The notes below the pieces were generated by a model. It made no database searches. It was not told where the DNA came from and was given only the letters and a program-made list of their open reading frames with translations. Below, piece after piece: positions 45,203 to 54,935 of a stretch of 64,000 nucleotides of DNA. Each line of letters starts with the position of its first letter. The stretch's first letter is position 1. The stretch is from Candidatus Zixiibacteriota bacterium (lineage in GTDB: Bacteria > Zixibacteria > MSB-5A5 > GN15 > PGXB01), in contig JAQBFG010000068.1 in the NCBI GenBank assembly GCA_032123495.1, positions 4,168-68,167 of the forward strand, read 5' to 3'. A program made the translations under genes and the position numbers.

Positions 45203-48200
45203 ATGAATATAATTACCAAGATCTTCGGCACCAAACATGACCGGGATGTCAAAAAAGTCACCCCGCTGGTCGACGAAATAAATGAGTTTTTTGACAAGCT
45301 GAAAAACCTCTCCGATGACGAGCTAAGAGCCAAAACCGATGAATTCAAAAAACGACTGATCGATGAAGAAACCCTCGACGATATCCTTCCTGAGGCCTAT
45401 GCCGTTGTTAAAGAGACCTGCAAAAGATTAGCCGGGACATCATGGGATGTCGCCGGAATCGAGACCGAGTGGAACATGGTTCCTTACGATGTTCAGCTTA
45501 TCGGCGGAATTATTTTACATCAGGGAAAAATCGCCGAGATGGCAACCGGTGAGGGTAAAACGCTGGTTGCAACTCTACCGACCTATCTAAATGCCCTGAC
45601 CGGCAAAGGTGTCCATCTGGTCACGGTCAATGACTACCTCGCGCTACGTGACAGTGAGTGGATGGGTGAAATATTTAAATTCCTCGGCTTAACCGTTGGA
45701 TGTATCCAAAATGAGATGACTTCGGCTGATCGCGTGATTGAGTATAACAAAGATATCACCTATGGTACCAACAACGAATTCGGATTTGACTATCTACGCG
45801 ACAATATGGCCCAGTCGAAAGAAGACCGGGTGCATCGCGGTTATAATTATGCCATCATCGATGAGGTCGATTCGGTTCTAATCGACGAAGCGCGGACCCC
45901 GCTGATTATCTCCGGGCCGGTTAAAAGCACAATCAATAAACGATATGGGGAGATGCGGCCGACGGTCAACACGCTGGTTCGTAAGCAGACCAATCTGATC
46001 AATGAAAGAATCGCCAAAGCTGAAAAACTTCTCCAAACCGGGAAAGATGATGACACCTATGAAGCTGGAAAACATCTTCTTGCGGTCAGTCGCGGCGCCC
46101 CCAAAAATAAAAAGTTTTTGAAACTGACCAAGGAACCGGGGATAAAATCTCTGATTGATTCAGTCGAATCAAATTATCTTCGCGACAAAAAACTTTACGA
46201 AATCGATGAGACGCTTAATTATGTCATCATTGAGAGAGAAAATACCATTGATTTGACTGATTTTGGCCGAACTCAGTTTCCTCAGGATATTCAGGAACTG
46301 TTTACTATTCCTGATCTGAATGTCGGTCTCTCTGAAATTGAAGGTGACACATCTTTATCGGCGGATGCAAAAACAAAAAAAACCGATGAGCTTTATCGCC
46401 TGCATGGTGAACGCTCAGAAAAGGTTCATTCTATCAGTCAGCTTTTGAAAGCATATACCCTTTTTGAAAAAGATAACGAGTATGTCGTTCAGGACGGCAA
46501 AATTATGATCGTCGATGAGTTCACCGGACGATTGATGCCGGGGCGACGGTATTCCGATGGTCTGCATCAGGCGATTGAAGCAAAAGAACAGGTCAAGATC
46601 GAGGGTGAATCGCAAACACTGGCAACTATTACGCTCCAGAATTATTTCAGGATGTATGACAAACTGGCCGGCATGACCGGTACTGCCGAGACCGAGGCGC
46701 AGGAACTGTTTGATATCTACAAACTCGATGTCACCTGCATCCCCACCAATGAGGCGGTCAGAAGAATGGACGGCGAAGATGTTATCTATAAAACCCGCCG
46801 CGAAAAATATAACGCTATCATTGAAGAGATCACCCATTGCCATAATCAAAAACAACCGGTGCTGGTTGGTACTGTCTCAGTCGAAGTCTCAGAAACTTTG
46901 TCTAGAATGTTAAAACGAGCTAACGTTCCCCACTCGGTCCTTAATGCCAAACATCACCAGCAGGAGGCCGAAATCGTTTCCAAGGCGGGACAACCGGGAG
47001 CGGTGACGATTGCGACCAACATGGCCGGTCGTGGAACCGATATTAAACTCGGCAAAGGTGTGGTCAAACATCCCAACTGTGCCCTGAAAGATCCGCGCCA
47101 GGACGAAGAGATCTGCCCGCATTATGAAGAATTAAACTGCAAGGAAACAGTCCCCTGCGGTCTGCATATTATCGGAACCGAGCGGCATGATGCCCGCCGA
47201 ATTGATCGTCAGTTGCGCGGTCGTTCCGGCCGCCAGGGTGATCCCGGTTCCAGTCTGTTTTATATGTCGCTTGATGATAATCTGATGCGGATGTTCGGCT
47301 CCGACCGTTTGGCAAGTATTATGGATCGGCTTGGTGTCAAGGAAGGTGAGGTTATCACCGCCGGGATGGTCACCAAAGCTATCGAACGGGCGCAGAAACG
47401 GGTCGAGACGCAGAACTTCTCGATTCGTAAACATACGCTGGAGTATGACGACGTCATGAACGCCCAGCGTGAGGTTATCTATGATCGCCGTCTCGCCGCT
47501 TTGGAAAGAAAATCTATCAATGATGAAGTGACCGAGCTTATCGAGGAGGTGCTGGAATCGATCATTGAAAAGTATTGCCCCGAAAAAGAGTATCCGGAAA
47601 ACTGGGAATTTTCGGCACTTCAAGCCGAGGTTCGTTTTACTTATCTGGTCGATCTAAAATTCAAGGAAGAAGATATCCCTGCCCTCACCCGCGAGACCCT
47701 GTTTAAGAATCTGCTTGGTGTCGTCATGAAGTTTTATAACCAGAAAGAACGGCTGTATGGTGAAGAGATCATGCGCAAACTCGAGAAATATGCCGTTCTG
47801 GTGACTATTGACCGGCACTGGCGCGATCATATGTATGAGATGGATCAGCTCAAAACCGGTATCGGTCTGCGGTCGTACGGTCAGCGTGATCCGTTGATTG
47901 AATATAAAAAAGAATCTTACAATCTGTTTTCCGAACTAATCGGGACAATCGATAAAGATATTGTCGGGATGGTTTTCAAACTGCAAGTCAATATCCCAGA
48001 GGTGGAACGTGAGCGTCGGCAAAAAGAGATGCAGAGTCAGGATCTGGTCGCGTCGCATCAGGATACAGTCGGGATGGGATTCGGTTCGGCGACACAATCA
48101 GAAGAAGGCAGTCCGATGGCCGAGGCCTCCCAGCGCGGTAAGGCGAAACCGATACAGCGTGAGGGCCCCAAAGTCGGCCGCAATGATCCCTGCCCCTGCG

Positions 48201-48241
48201 GCTCCGGCAAGAAGTATAAAAAATGCCACGGCGCAAGTTGA
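45203..48241 (+). CDS. secA: Preprotein translocase ATPase SecA
   Basis: 1012 aa. [46 protein letters not shown], and the C-terminal Zn finger [14 protein letters not shown]. Confidence 0.97.
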   Translation: MNIITKIFGTKHDRDVKKVTPLVDEINEFFDKLKNLSDDELRAKTDEFKKRLIDEETLDDILPEAYAVVKETCKRLAGTSWDVAGIETEWNMVPYDVQLIGGIILHQGKIAEMATGEGKTLVATLPTYLNALTGKGVHLVTVNDYLALRDSEWMGEIFKFLGLTVGCIQNEMTSADRVIEYNKDITYGTNNEFGFDYLRDNMAQSKEDRVHRGYNYAIIDEVDSVLIDEARTPLIISGPVKSTINKRYGEMRPTVNTLVRKQTNLINERIAKAEKLLQTGKDDDTYEAGKHLLAVSRGAPKNKKFLKLTKEPGIKSLIDSVESNYLRDKKLYEIDETLNYVIIERENTIDLTDFGRTQFPQDIQELFTIPDLNVGLSEIEGDTSLSADAKTKKTDELYRLHGERSEKVHSISQLLKAYTLFEKDNEYVVQDGKIMIVDEFTGRLMPGRRYSDGLHQAIEAKEQVKIEGESQTLATITLQNYFRMYDKLAGMTGTAETEAQELFDIYKLDVTCIPTNEAVRRMDGEDVIYKTRREKYNAIIEEITHCHNQKQPVLVGTVSVEVSETLSRMLKRANVPHSVLNAKHHQQEAEIVSKAGQPGAVTIATNMAGRGTDIKLGKGVVKHPNCALKDPRQDEEICPHYEELNCKETVPCGLHIIGTERHDARRIDRQLRGRSGRQGDPGSSLFYMSLDDNLMRMFGSDRLASIMDRLGVKEGEVITAGMVTKAIERAQKRVETQNFSIRKHTLEYDDVMNAQREVIYDRRLAALERKSINDEVTELIEEVLESIIEKYCPEKEYPENWEFSALQAEVRFTYLVDLKFKEEDIPALTRETLFKNLLGVVMKFYNQKERLYGEEIMRKLEKYAVLVTIDRHWRDHMYEMDQLKTGIGLRSYGQRDPLIEYKKESYNLFSELIGTIDKDIVGMVFKLQVNIPEVERERRQKEMQSQDLVASHQDTVGMGFGSATQSEEGSPMAEASQRGKAKPIQREGPKVGRNDPCPCGSGKKYKKCHGAS

Positions 48242-48272
48242 GAATTTATAGTTTACTGGGAGGAATTACAAT

Positions 48273-49172
48273 ATGTATAGCCGTATCAGCTTTATTACAC
48301 TTGCGGTCTTCCTGATATTTTTCATTGAAGCATATCCGGAGCAATCGATTCAGGGAGGATATTCCACAAAGCCCCTCGAAAAAGCCGTGTTTGATCAGGC
48401 CAGAACAACTGCCGGTTTGCTACATATCAATAGCTGGTTAAACGAAAACTATTCTTCTCTAACTGACAAAACCAAAAAAGGGCCAAGAGAAAATCTTTAC
48501 TACTTGATAGATTCGTGGGTTAAAAGTATTTATCAACAAGATAGTGTAGTATTTCCTAAAGATTATGACGGAGTGTTAAAAAACTTCTTTTCTTGGTCAG
48601 AACGTTTAGGTGTGTATGGAGGTAATCTGGTTTATAACTCACTCAAATCAGATCAGGATTCTTTAATGCCTGCCCTTAATATACCTCCAGAAAATATCTT
48701 GATTAGTTTAAATAATGATATGTTTGATATTTCCTCTAAGAAAGGTTATTGGTCTGTTTCTATTCCTTATTATTTTATGATCTGGAAAGTGAAAGATTAT
48801 GTAACGAAGGATGGAATTAAAACGCAACTAATTGCCATTTCACCTGGTGCGGCATCTCACGACGGACAGGATGGGCAATCTCAATCGACATTAATGTTTT
48901 TATATGGCCCCGGAGAAAATTCTGAAACTTTCATACAGTACTGGTCCAAAATTTTTGGTTTTAACGGCAACGAAATTTCTGAAGAATTGCCACTTGATTC
49001 ATTAAGAAGTCACAAACTTTATGATAAGGAATCAAGCATATACACAGAATATACTTGCTTAAACTCCGAAAATGGAGCAGTTATGGTTTATTATAGCGGA
49101 GTTAATGGCCCTTATCAATGGAATAGGCCATATTTTATAGATTTTCTTAATTCTCTTCGCAAATCATTCTAG
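48273..49172 (+). CDS. Hypothetical secreted protein (orphan)
   Basis: 299 aa with an N-terminal hydrophobic segment. GGGAGGA lies 7 nt before the ATG. No motif recognised. Confidence 0.5.
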   Translation: MYSRISFITLAVFLIFFIEAYPEQSIQGGYSTKPLEKAVFDQARTTAGLLHINSWLNENYSSLTDKTKKGPRENLYYLIDSWVKSIYQQDSVVFPKDYDGVLKNFFSWSERLGVYGGNLVYNSLKSDQDSLMPALNIPPENILISLNNDMFDISSKKGYWSVSIPYYFMIWKVKDYVTKDGIKTQLIAISPGAASHDGQDGQSQSTLMFLYGPGENSETFIQYWSKIFGFNGNEISEELPLDSLRSHKLYDKESSIYTEYTCLNSENGAVMVYYSGVNGPYQWNRPYFIDFLNSLRKSF

Positions 49173-49181
49173 TTTTAGTAG

Positions 49182-49204
49182 GGCAGGATCCCCGTGATCC
49201 TGCC
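49182..49204 (+). terminator. GC-rich GGATC-containing hairpin after the orphan gene
   Basis: GGCAGGATC-CCCGT-GATCCTGCC (9-bp stem) 10 nt after the stop, followed by ATTATTCTTC. Confidence 0.45.
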
Positions 49205-49312
49205 ATTATTCTTCCCTTTAAAATAATTATTGGCGGGATCGCCCTTCATTCTTCAGGACTTACGGCAGGGATCCCACCCTTTTTCTATCTGTCCTAATAA
49301 TCTCACGGGAGA

Positions 49313-49645
49313 TTAGCGGCCCGGTAAGTCAATAACTTCTCCTCCGTCGACCGATATTGTGCAGGCACGTAATTTATTATCATATGATACTTCACATGGA
49401 TGGGCGGTAATCACAACGTTACTCACGTTTTCCTCAAGCACGATATTGAACTGGTTAGCCAAATAAACCAAAGATATACCTTTGACAGTTGTTCCATCCA
49501 CAACAATTGTGCTGGCGTCATTATTGATTTCGCTAACTATTCCTTCTACCGTCTCGGAACAATCTCCTGCCCCAAAAGCTTGTATGGCGGTGAAGGTCAA
49601 AACAGCTGCTATAACCACAAACATTATTCTAATTGCACGATTCAT
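49313..49645 (-). CDS. Small secreted Cys-containing hypothetical protein
   Basis: 110 aa with a signal peptide (AIQAFGAGDC) and four Cys. AAGGAGA lies upstream of the ATG. Confidence 0.45.
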   Translation of the reverse strand: MNRAIRIMFVVIAAVLTFTAIQAFGAGDCSETVEGIVSEINNDASTIVVDGTTVKGISLVYLANQFNIVLEENVSNVVITAHPCEVSYDNKLRACTISVDGGEVIDLPGR

Positions 49646-49892
49646 GATAAAATCTCCTTTTAAATTGTTTTTCCCTGATCGGTTCTGATGTTTGCACCCA
49701 CTTCCGGACTCAATGAATAATTATGACAAACAGATACGTTTAAAGATTTCCCCTTTCCTCGATAGCTTTCACTTACAGGTTCATGGTCCACAGATCTGAG
49801 TTACCATTTAATTATACAGAGTGTCTTTGGCTCAACTTCGTTCAGTTCGATAGAAAATAAAGGTCCTGGTTGACTTGTTTTTTTTCTTAGCT

Positions 49893-49969
49893 GGGGTAGC
49901 CCACCGCTTATCTCATTTTTTGTATTGGCTCTTAGACGACCCTTCAAGCGTAAGATCTAGAGCGGTGGC
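49893..49969 (+). repeat. Split member of the GTARCCCACC...GGTGGG hairpin family with a ~52-nt insert between the arms
   Basis: GGGGTAGCCCACCGCT (49893-49908) is identical to 40131-40146. The complementary arm AGCGGTGGC is at 49961-49969. The insert contains its own imperfect inverted repeat, GCTCTTAGA...TCTAGAGC. Confidence 0.5.
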
Positions 49970-50111
49970 GCACAGCTGATCAGGATTATTGTTTTTTTCC
50001 GGTATTCTGTTGACATTAATTATTTTGTACGCCATTCTACTATGAATATGTGTTGTATAGTATTATGTTAGAAATCCAGTTTTGAGAACAACGGAGATCT
50101 CAAGGGAGAAT

Positions 50112-51083
50112 ATGAAACATCAAATAGAGGACACCTTGTATGATCGCGCGGTTGAGGCCGTTATAGAAAGATTCCATCTTGATCGGACACGATTAAGGAA
50201 AATTGGGGAATATGAGAATATTATTTACGAATGCTCTCTCAACAACGAAGACTGTATTATTAGAATTACACACGAATCTCATCGAAATGAAAATCTATTG
50301 AAAGGAGAACTTGAATGGATAGATTATTTGGGGGACCATGGCGTACCGGTTGCAGCACCCATATGTCTTACCAATAACGATAAGATTATACCGGTGAATA
50401 TAGGAAACGCTGTCTTCTTAATCACATTCTTCACCAAAGCAAATGGGCATCATGTGAAATCTAAGGATTGGTCTAATGAACTAATAACCCTGTTGGGGCG
50501 AGAAATAGGCAAGCTACACCAATGCTCCAGGCAATACATCCCGGCGGATTCAAAAATAAGAAGGCCGGAATGGAATGACGATATACTTAATCCTAAACAC
50601 GATAACATCAGCAAACTGCAAAACGTTATAAAAAAGCGTAACGAAGTGGTAAGACAGCTTTTGACTATGCGAAAGACCGATGCTTCGTATGGTCTAATCC
50701 ATTTTGACATAAACTTTGGAAATTTCAAACTGAGTAATCAAGGAATTACTCTATTTGATTTTGACGATTGCTGCTATTGCTGGTTTATAAACGACATTGC
50801 CGTGCTTTTGGTCGAAAGTATAAATGTGTTTTGTGACACAACTGACAAGAGACCTTTTGTCCGTAATTTCCTCGAGCATTTCCTTAACGGGTACGAGCAG
50901 TTCCAGCATATTGATGAAAACATGATGATCTTGCTGCCATTGTTTACCAAGTTGAGGGAATTAGAATTATATGCCTCGTTAGTCGAATTGCCGACGAGTG
51001 AATACTATGAACATGAGAAACAGTTTATGGTGAATAGGCAGCATTCTATTGACAACGATATACCTTTTGTTGAGCTGCAATAG
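50112..51083 (+). CDS. Phosphotransferase (APH / homoserine kinase II-like) family kinase
   Basis: The ORF track starts at a TTG (50082). The ATG at 50112 follows AAGGGAG. The Brenner motif is present in LIHFDINFGNF (H-x-D-x4-N), followed by LFDFDDC (DFD), typical of the APH fold. Confidence 0.7.
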   Translation: MKHQIEDTLYDRAVEAVIERFHLDRTRLRKIGEYENIIYECSLNNEDCIIRITHESHRNENLLKGELEWIDYLGDHGVPVAAPICLTNNDKIIPVNIGNAVFLITFFTKANGHHVKSKDWSNELITLLGREIGKLHQCSRQYIPADSKIRRPEWNDDILNPKHDNISKLQNVIKKRNEVVRQLLTMRKTDASYGLIHFDINFGNFKLSNQGITLFDFDDCCYCWFINDIAVLLVESINVFCDTTDKRPFVRNFLEHFLNGYEQFQHIDENMMILLPLFTKLRELELYASLVELPTSEYYEHEKQFMVNRQHSIDNDIPFVELQ

Positions 51084-51088
51084 TTTTT

Positions 51089-51110
51089 GTAACCCACCAT
51101 TTATGGTGGG
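51089..51110 (+). repeat. Member of the GTARCCCACC...GGTGGG hairpin family, 6 nt after the kinase stop
   Basis: GTAACCCACCA-TTTA-TGGTGGG (7-8-bp stem). Confidence 0.5.
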
Positions 51111-51462
51111 TATTATAATATTGCACATGACACATACATTAAAAAAATCAAAATCTCCACCAAACCACACTTGTTTCTTATTCGCGTCAATGTGTACATG
51201 AGTGATTATACAGAAATAGAAAATTACAATTTTACTACAAAGAAATTGTTCGAAAAGTGCTTTTTGGCAAAACGAAGCCATTTTCGCTGTAATAATATGA
51301 CAGAGTATGAGTTATAAGGAACTTTTGAGATTTATTGGTTGCCACCGGGCAGATGTGGACAGCTGCTGCGCACAATAACACAACTCAATAAACAGCTTGA
51401 CTCGCAGTAGTAAATTAATCACTTTTTGCGTATTAAAAGAAAATATAAAAGAGTGAGGTTTA

Positions 51463-51975
51463 ATGGACACGAAAAAGATGTCACAATCGCGAACGGTCAA
51501 AGCGATGCTGGTTCTTCCGCCCGATTCCAATGCCATCGGAACGATGTTTGGCGGAAAAGTGATGAGCTATATCGATGATATCGCGTCGATCTCCGCATAT
51601 CGGCACTGCCGCCAGCAAGTTGTCACCGCCTCGACCGACTCGGTCGATTTCCTTTATCCGATCAACGTCGGACAGATGATCTGTATGGAATCGTTTGTCA
51701 CCTGGACCCATAATACCTCGATGGAGATCTATGTTAATGTCATCAGCGAAGATCTCAAAACCGGAGAGCGAAGAGTTTGCGCTTCATCATTTTTAACCTT
51801 TGTGGCAATCGACGATAAAGGCAAAACTCAACCGGTTCCAGAGGTGATCCCGGAAACCGAATTTGAAAAGGAGCTTCATAGTACCGCTCCTGAAAGATAT
51901 AAAAGACGAATGGAACGAAAATCCAATTCGAAAAAACTGGCTAAGAAATTCCCGGTTGAAAGATTAAAACAATAG
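51463..51975 (+). CDS. Acyl-CoA thioesterase (hotdog fold, YciA/BFIT-like)
   Basis: 170 aa. VLPPDSNAIGTMFGGKVMSYIDDIASISA...VVTASTDSVDFLYPI...TSMEIYV is the typical 4HBT-type pattern. Confidence 0.8.
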   Translation: MDTKKMSQSRTVKAMLVLPPDSNAIGTMFGGKVMSYIDDIASISAYRHCRQQVVTASTDSVDFLYPINVGQMICMESFVTWTHNTSMEIYVNVISEDLKTGERRVCASSFLTFVAIDDKGKTQPVPEVIPETEFEKELHSTAPERYKRRMERKSNSKKLAKKFPVERLKQ

Positions 51976-51981
51976 CAAAAA

Positions 51982-52920
51982 CTAATTTGTAGCTTCTTTT
52001 TTGCGTGGTTTCATAATCGAAATCACAATCGAGACGGCCAGAAGCAATCCGATTATACCAAGCGCCCACATATCGGGGATTTTATAATAACCGGAAAGAA
52101 GCATCTTAATTCCAACAAACGACAGTATCGCCGCGAGTCCATATTTAAGATAATAAAACATATCCATCAGACCGGCGAGAGCAAAATACATCGCCCGTAG
52201 TCCAAGAATAGCAAAAACATTTGATGAGTACACAATAAACGGATCAAGCGTGATCGCAAAAATAGCAGGAATCGAATCAACGGCAAAAACAACATCGGTG
52301 GTCTCAACCACGATCAAGACAACAAACAGCGGCGTTCCGAATGTTCTCCCAGCTTTTTTGATAAGGAATTTTCCGCCTTCATAATTATCCGTTAGGGGCA
52401 TAAATTTTTTGACAAATTTCAGGATAGGGTTTTTCTCAGGTTCGATCTTAGTATCTCCGGCGACCCCCATCTTGATACCGGTATAAACCAAAAATGCACC
52501 AAAAATATAAATGACCCAATGAAACTTGGCGATAAGCAAAGCACCGACACCAATAAACAGTCCACGCATCACCAGTGCACCGATAATACCCCAGAAAAGA
52601 ACTTTGTACTGATATTTGTCTGGAACACCAAAATAGGAGAAAATCAAAAGGAAAACAAAAATATTGTCGATACTAAGTGATCGTTCAATCAGGTACCCGG
52701 TGAAAAATTGAAGTGCTTTGGTTTCACCTTCCCAGAAATATACAAGAACATTAAAAAGCAGGGCTACAATGACCCAGATAACCGACCAGATAAGACTTTC
52801 TTTGACAGATATTTTATGATCTTTACGATGGAAAACGCCCAAATCAATCGCCAGCATCACCAATACTAACAGATTAAAGCCGCCCCAGATAAAATATTTA
52901 TTAGTTAATAATTCCTGCAA
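51982..52920 (-). CDS. TerC-family integral membrane protein
   Basis: 312 aa with about 9 TM helices and the paired signature motifs SLSIDNIFVFLLIF and FAVDSIPAIFAIT. Confidence 0.85.
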   Translation of the reverse strand: MQELLTNKYFIWGGFNLLVLVMLAIDLGVFHRKDHKISVKESLIWSVIWVIVALLFNVLVYFWEGETKALQFFTGYLIERSLSIDNIFVFLLIFSYFGVPDKYQYKVLFWGIIGALVMRGLFIGVGALLIAKFHWVIYIFGAFLVYTGIKMGVAGDTKIEPEKNPILKFVKKFMPLTDNYEGGKFLIKKAGRTFGTPLFVVLIVVETTDVVFAVDSIPAIFAITLDPFIVYSSNVFAILGLRAMYFALAGLMDMFYYLKYGLAAILSFVGIKMLLSGYYKIPDMWALGIIGLLLAVSIVISIMKPRKKEATN

Positions 52921-52949
52921 TTGATCGGTATCCTTAGGAACATCGCAAG

Positions 52950-53630
52950 TTATTCATCTTCGGTATCTTTGGCTCTGAAACCGATTCTTGGAAATGGATT
53001 AACAATCGAGCTGGCAATATTAGTCAGATGCGACGCCACTCTTTTCAGATATCTGAAATAGAGCGCCAGAACAACGGCATCGGATGGATTTGGCGGAGTA
53101 CCGACGCCGCGAATAATATCCCCCATAATTTTATCGCAACGAGTAGATATCCCACGATGCTCAATCATCATCTTTTTGGCCAATTCGACATCGGGACCAG
53201 ACAGAACTTTGATAATCTGATCAAACCGTAAAAGAATAGTCTCTTCGATTTCGACTAAATCTTTTTCATAAACTCCGCCATCGAGCTTTTCCGGATGCGC
53301 CTTGGCCAGTTCGGTTATATTTTTGGCAAAATCGCCAATCCGTTCGACATCGATAACAATCGAAACTAGAGCCAAACCGGGAACAATATTATGCACTCCG
53401 GAAATAGTTAGATGAGTCAGGACATTGCGGCGCACTTCCCGCTCGAATTTATTGATCTCTTTATCTTTCTCATAGATATCAAAAGGAAGTTCGGCATTAT
53501 CACGGTCACGAAGAGATTTTTTCGATGCACTAAACATCTCCAGGTCAGACCCGAGCATCATAATCGTAGTTTCTAGTGCCTGATCGAGAAGATTCTCTTT
53601 ACCAAAAAGCTCTATAAATTTCTTATACAT
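52950..53630 (-). CDS. PhoU-domain phosphate-uptake regulator-like protein
   Basis: 226 aa, all-helical, with duplicated PhoU-like repeats containing E/D-x3-D-like motifs (VIDVERIGDFAKNI; YFRYLKRVASHLTNIA). It is immediately downstream of the Na/Pi transporter. Confidence 0.65.
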   Translation of the reverse strand: MYKKFIELFGKENLLDQALETTIMMLGSDLEMFSASKKSLRDRDNAELPFDIYEKDKEINKFEREVRRNVLTHLTISGVHNIVPGLALVSIVIDVERIGDFAKNITELAKAHPEKLDGGVYEKDLVEIEETILLRFDQIIKVLSGPDVELAKKMMIEHRGISTRCDKIMGDIIRGVGTPPNPSDAVVLALYFRYLKRVASHLTNIASSIVNPFPRIGFRAKDTEDE

Positions 53631-53636
53631 AACATG

Positions 53637-54752
53637 TTACCTCAACAGATATATTAAAATTATCGGTATAATAAAAAAAGTCAACAGAATAAACACAATC
53701 GGATACAATTTTGATCTTGCCGTCAGGGAAGCGATTTTTCGCGCCAAATAAAGTGGGATTTTCGCCAATGGCAGGAAAATGGATATTCCGATTATATTAA
53801 AAAGCAGATGTGAAAAAGCAACTGCCGCCGCCGCTGAATTCTGAGTGACCAATGCCGCCAGAATGGCTGTCACGGTTGTTCCGATATTGGCCCCCAGCGT
53901 GTATGGATAGATCTGGCGAAGAGTCAGAACTCCAGCTCCAACCAAGGGGACAACTATTGAAGTCGTAATCGATGATGATTGGACTATGGCCGTAAGAATA
54001 ATTCCTAAGGTAAGCGCCCGAAAAGTGGTTTTGAATACCGTTCTGCTAAAAAAGCCCTCCACCCGAGATAATACCATTGATTTCATAATATCAACCATAA
54101 ACTTGAGGGCAATAAAAAGCAGCAAAATTGCCGCAATGGCTGACAACCAGCTTGAATCGCCCAGTAGATGAATGATATATTTGGCGACCGGCTTGGTAAT
54201 GATATTAATTGGAGAGACAAATTGTAATCCGCCGGCATTTTCAAAAACAGTTTCCAAATAAAGGGCCGTACGTCCAAGAAAATTGGTGAAATACTGAAGC
54301 GGGAACAGTAATATGACGGCCAGAACATTAAAGACATCGTGAACAATGGCCCCGCTGAAGGCTCTTCCGAATTCCTGCGACCTGTTAATATGAGCCAATG
54401 AAACCAAAGTATTTGTAATAGTTGTCCCAATATTGGCGCCCATCACAATCGGAATAGCTCCTTCAATAGATATTAAGCCGCCTGCCACCATCCCGACTAC
54501 GATAGATGTAGTCGTCGATGATGATTGAATAATCGATGTCGCCAATATTCCAATAAACAGACCAACAATCGGGTTAGAGGTTGTCGCCAAAAGAGTTTCG
54601 GCGAAATCTTTACCAAATAGCTTAAACGATGCCCCCAACAAGGTTATGGACAGTATAAAAATATATAAGGCGGCCAAAAGACCTAATGGTTTCCACAACG
54701 ATTTAATATTGATTTTTACAGGACTCGACAGGAAATCAAAAAATTTACTCAC
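53637..54752 (-). CDS. Na+/phosphate cotransporter (NptA/PF02690 family)
   Basis: 371 aa with a GTG start. It has the internal duplication with QSSSTTTSIVV...GANIGTTITNTL and QSSSITTSIVV...GANIGTTVTAIL. Confidence 0.85.
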   Translation of the reverse strand: MSKFFDFLSSPVKINIKSLWKPLGLLAALYIFILSITLLGASFKLFGKDFAETLLATTSNPIVGLFIGILATSIIQSSSTTTSIVVGMVAGGLISIEGAIPIVMGANIGTTITNTLVSLAHINRSQEFGRAFSGAIVHDVFNVLAVILLFPLQYFTNFLGRTALYLETVFENAGGLQFVSPINIITKPVAKYIIHLLGDSSWLSAIAAILLLFIALKFMVDIMKSMVLSRVEGFFSRTVFKTTFRALTLGIILTAIVQSSSITTSIVVPLVGAGVLTLRQIYPYTLGANIGTTVTAILAALVTQNSAAAAVAFSHLLFNIIGISIFLPLAKIPLYLARKIASLTARSKLYPIVFILLTFFIIPIILIYLLR

Positions 54753-54816
54753 ATCCGTTCCCGTCTGTTATGCAGCTTTTTATCAAACAAATATTTTTAC
54801 CCATCGTTTTGAGGCG

Positions 54817-54845
54817 AATATATTGTTGACATCCATCCAAGTCAA
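54817..54845 (-). promoter_or_regulatory. Sigma70-like promoter candidate for the NaPi-PhoU-TerC operon
   Basis: On the - strand: TTGACT (54845-54840), a 17-nt spacer, then TATATT (54822-54817), about 65 nt before the GTG start. Confidence 0.4.
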
Positions 54846-54935
54846 GCAATTAATAAATATAGATTGCGGATTTGCCAGATTTCAACTTAAGACAAAATGT
54901 CCCAATAACTTATTGGAGCATTAATCGAAGTAAAC

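Noticed and set aside
46415-47623. 146-aa and 163-aa ORFs antisense to secA. Similar antisense ORFs lie at 23071..23457 (recA), 8598..9131 (DUF2207-B), 15365..15769 and 15002..15313 (antiporter), and 17522..18045 (repeat protein)
   Set aside because: Each lies entirely within a well-supported gene on the opposite strand and has no RBS. Their composition is typical of antisense read-through (rich in R, S, L and G). I treat them as spurious.
49893-51110. Integron attC sites flanking the kinase as a gene cassette
   Set aside because: There is no intI gene, no cassette array and no GTTRRRY/RYYYAAC core sites. The hairpins are short perfect stems, unlike attC bulged structures.
52921-52949. A yybP-ykoY (Mn) riboswitch upstream of the TerC gene
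   Set aside because: Only 29 nt separate terC from the preceding gene, which is far too short for the ~100-nt riboswitch.
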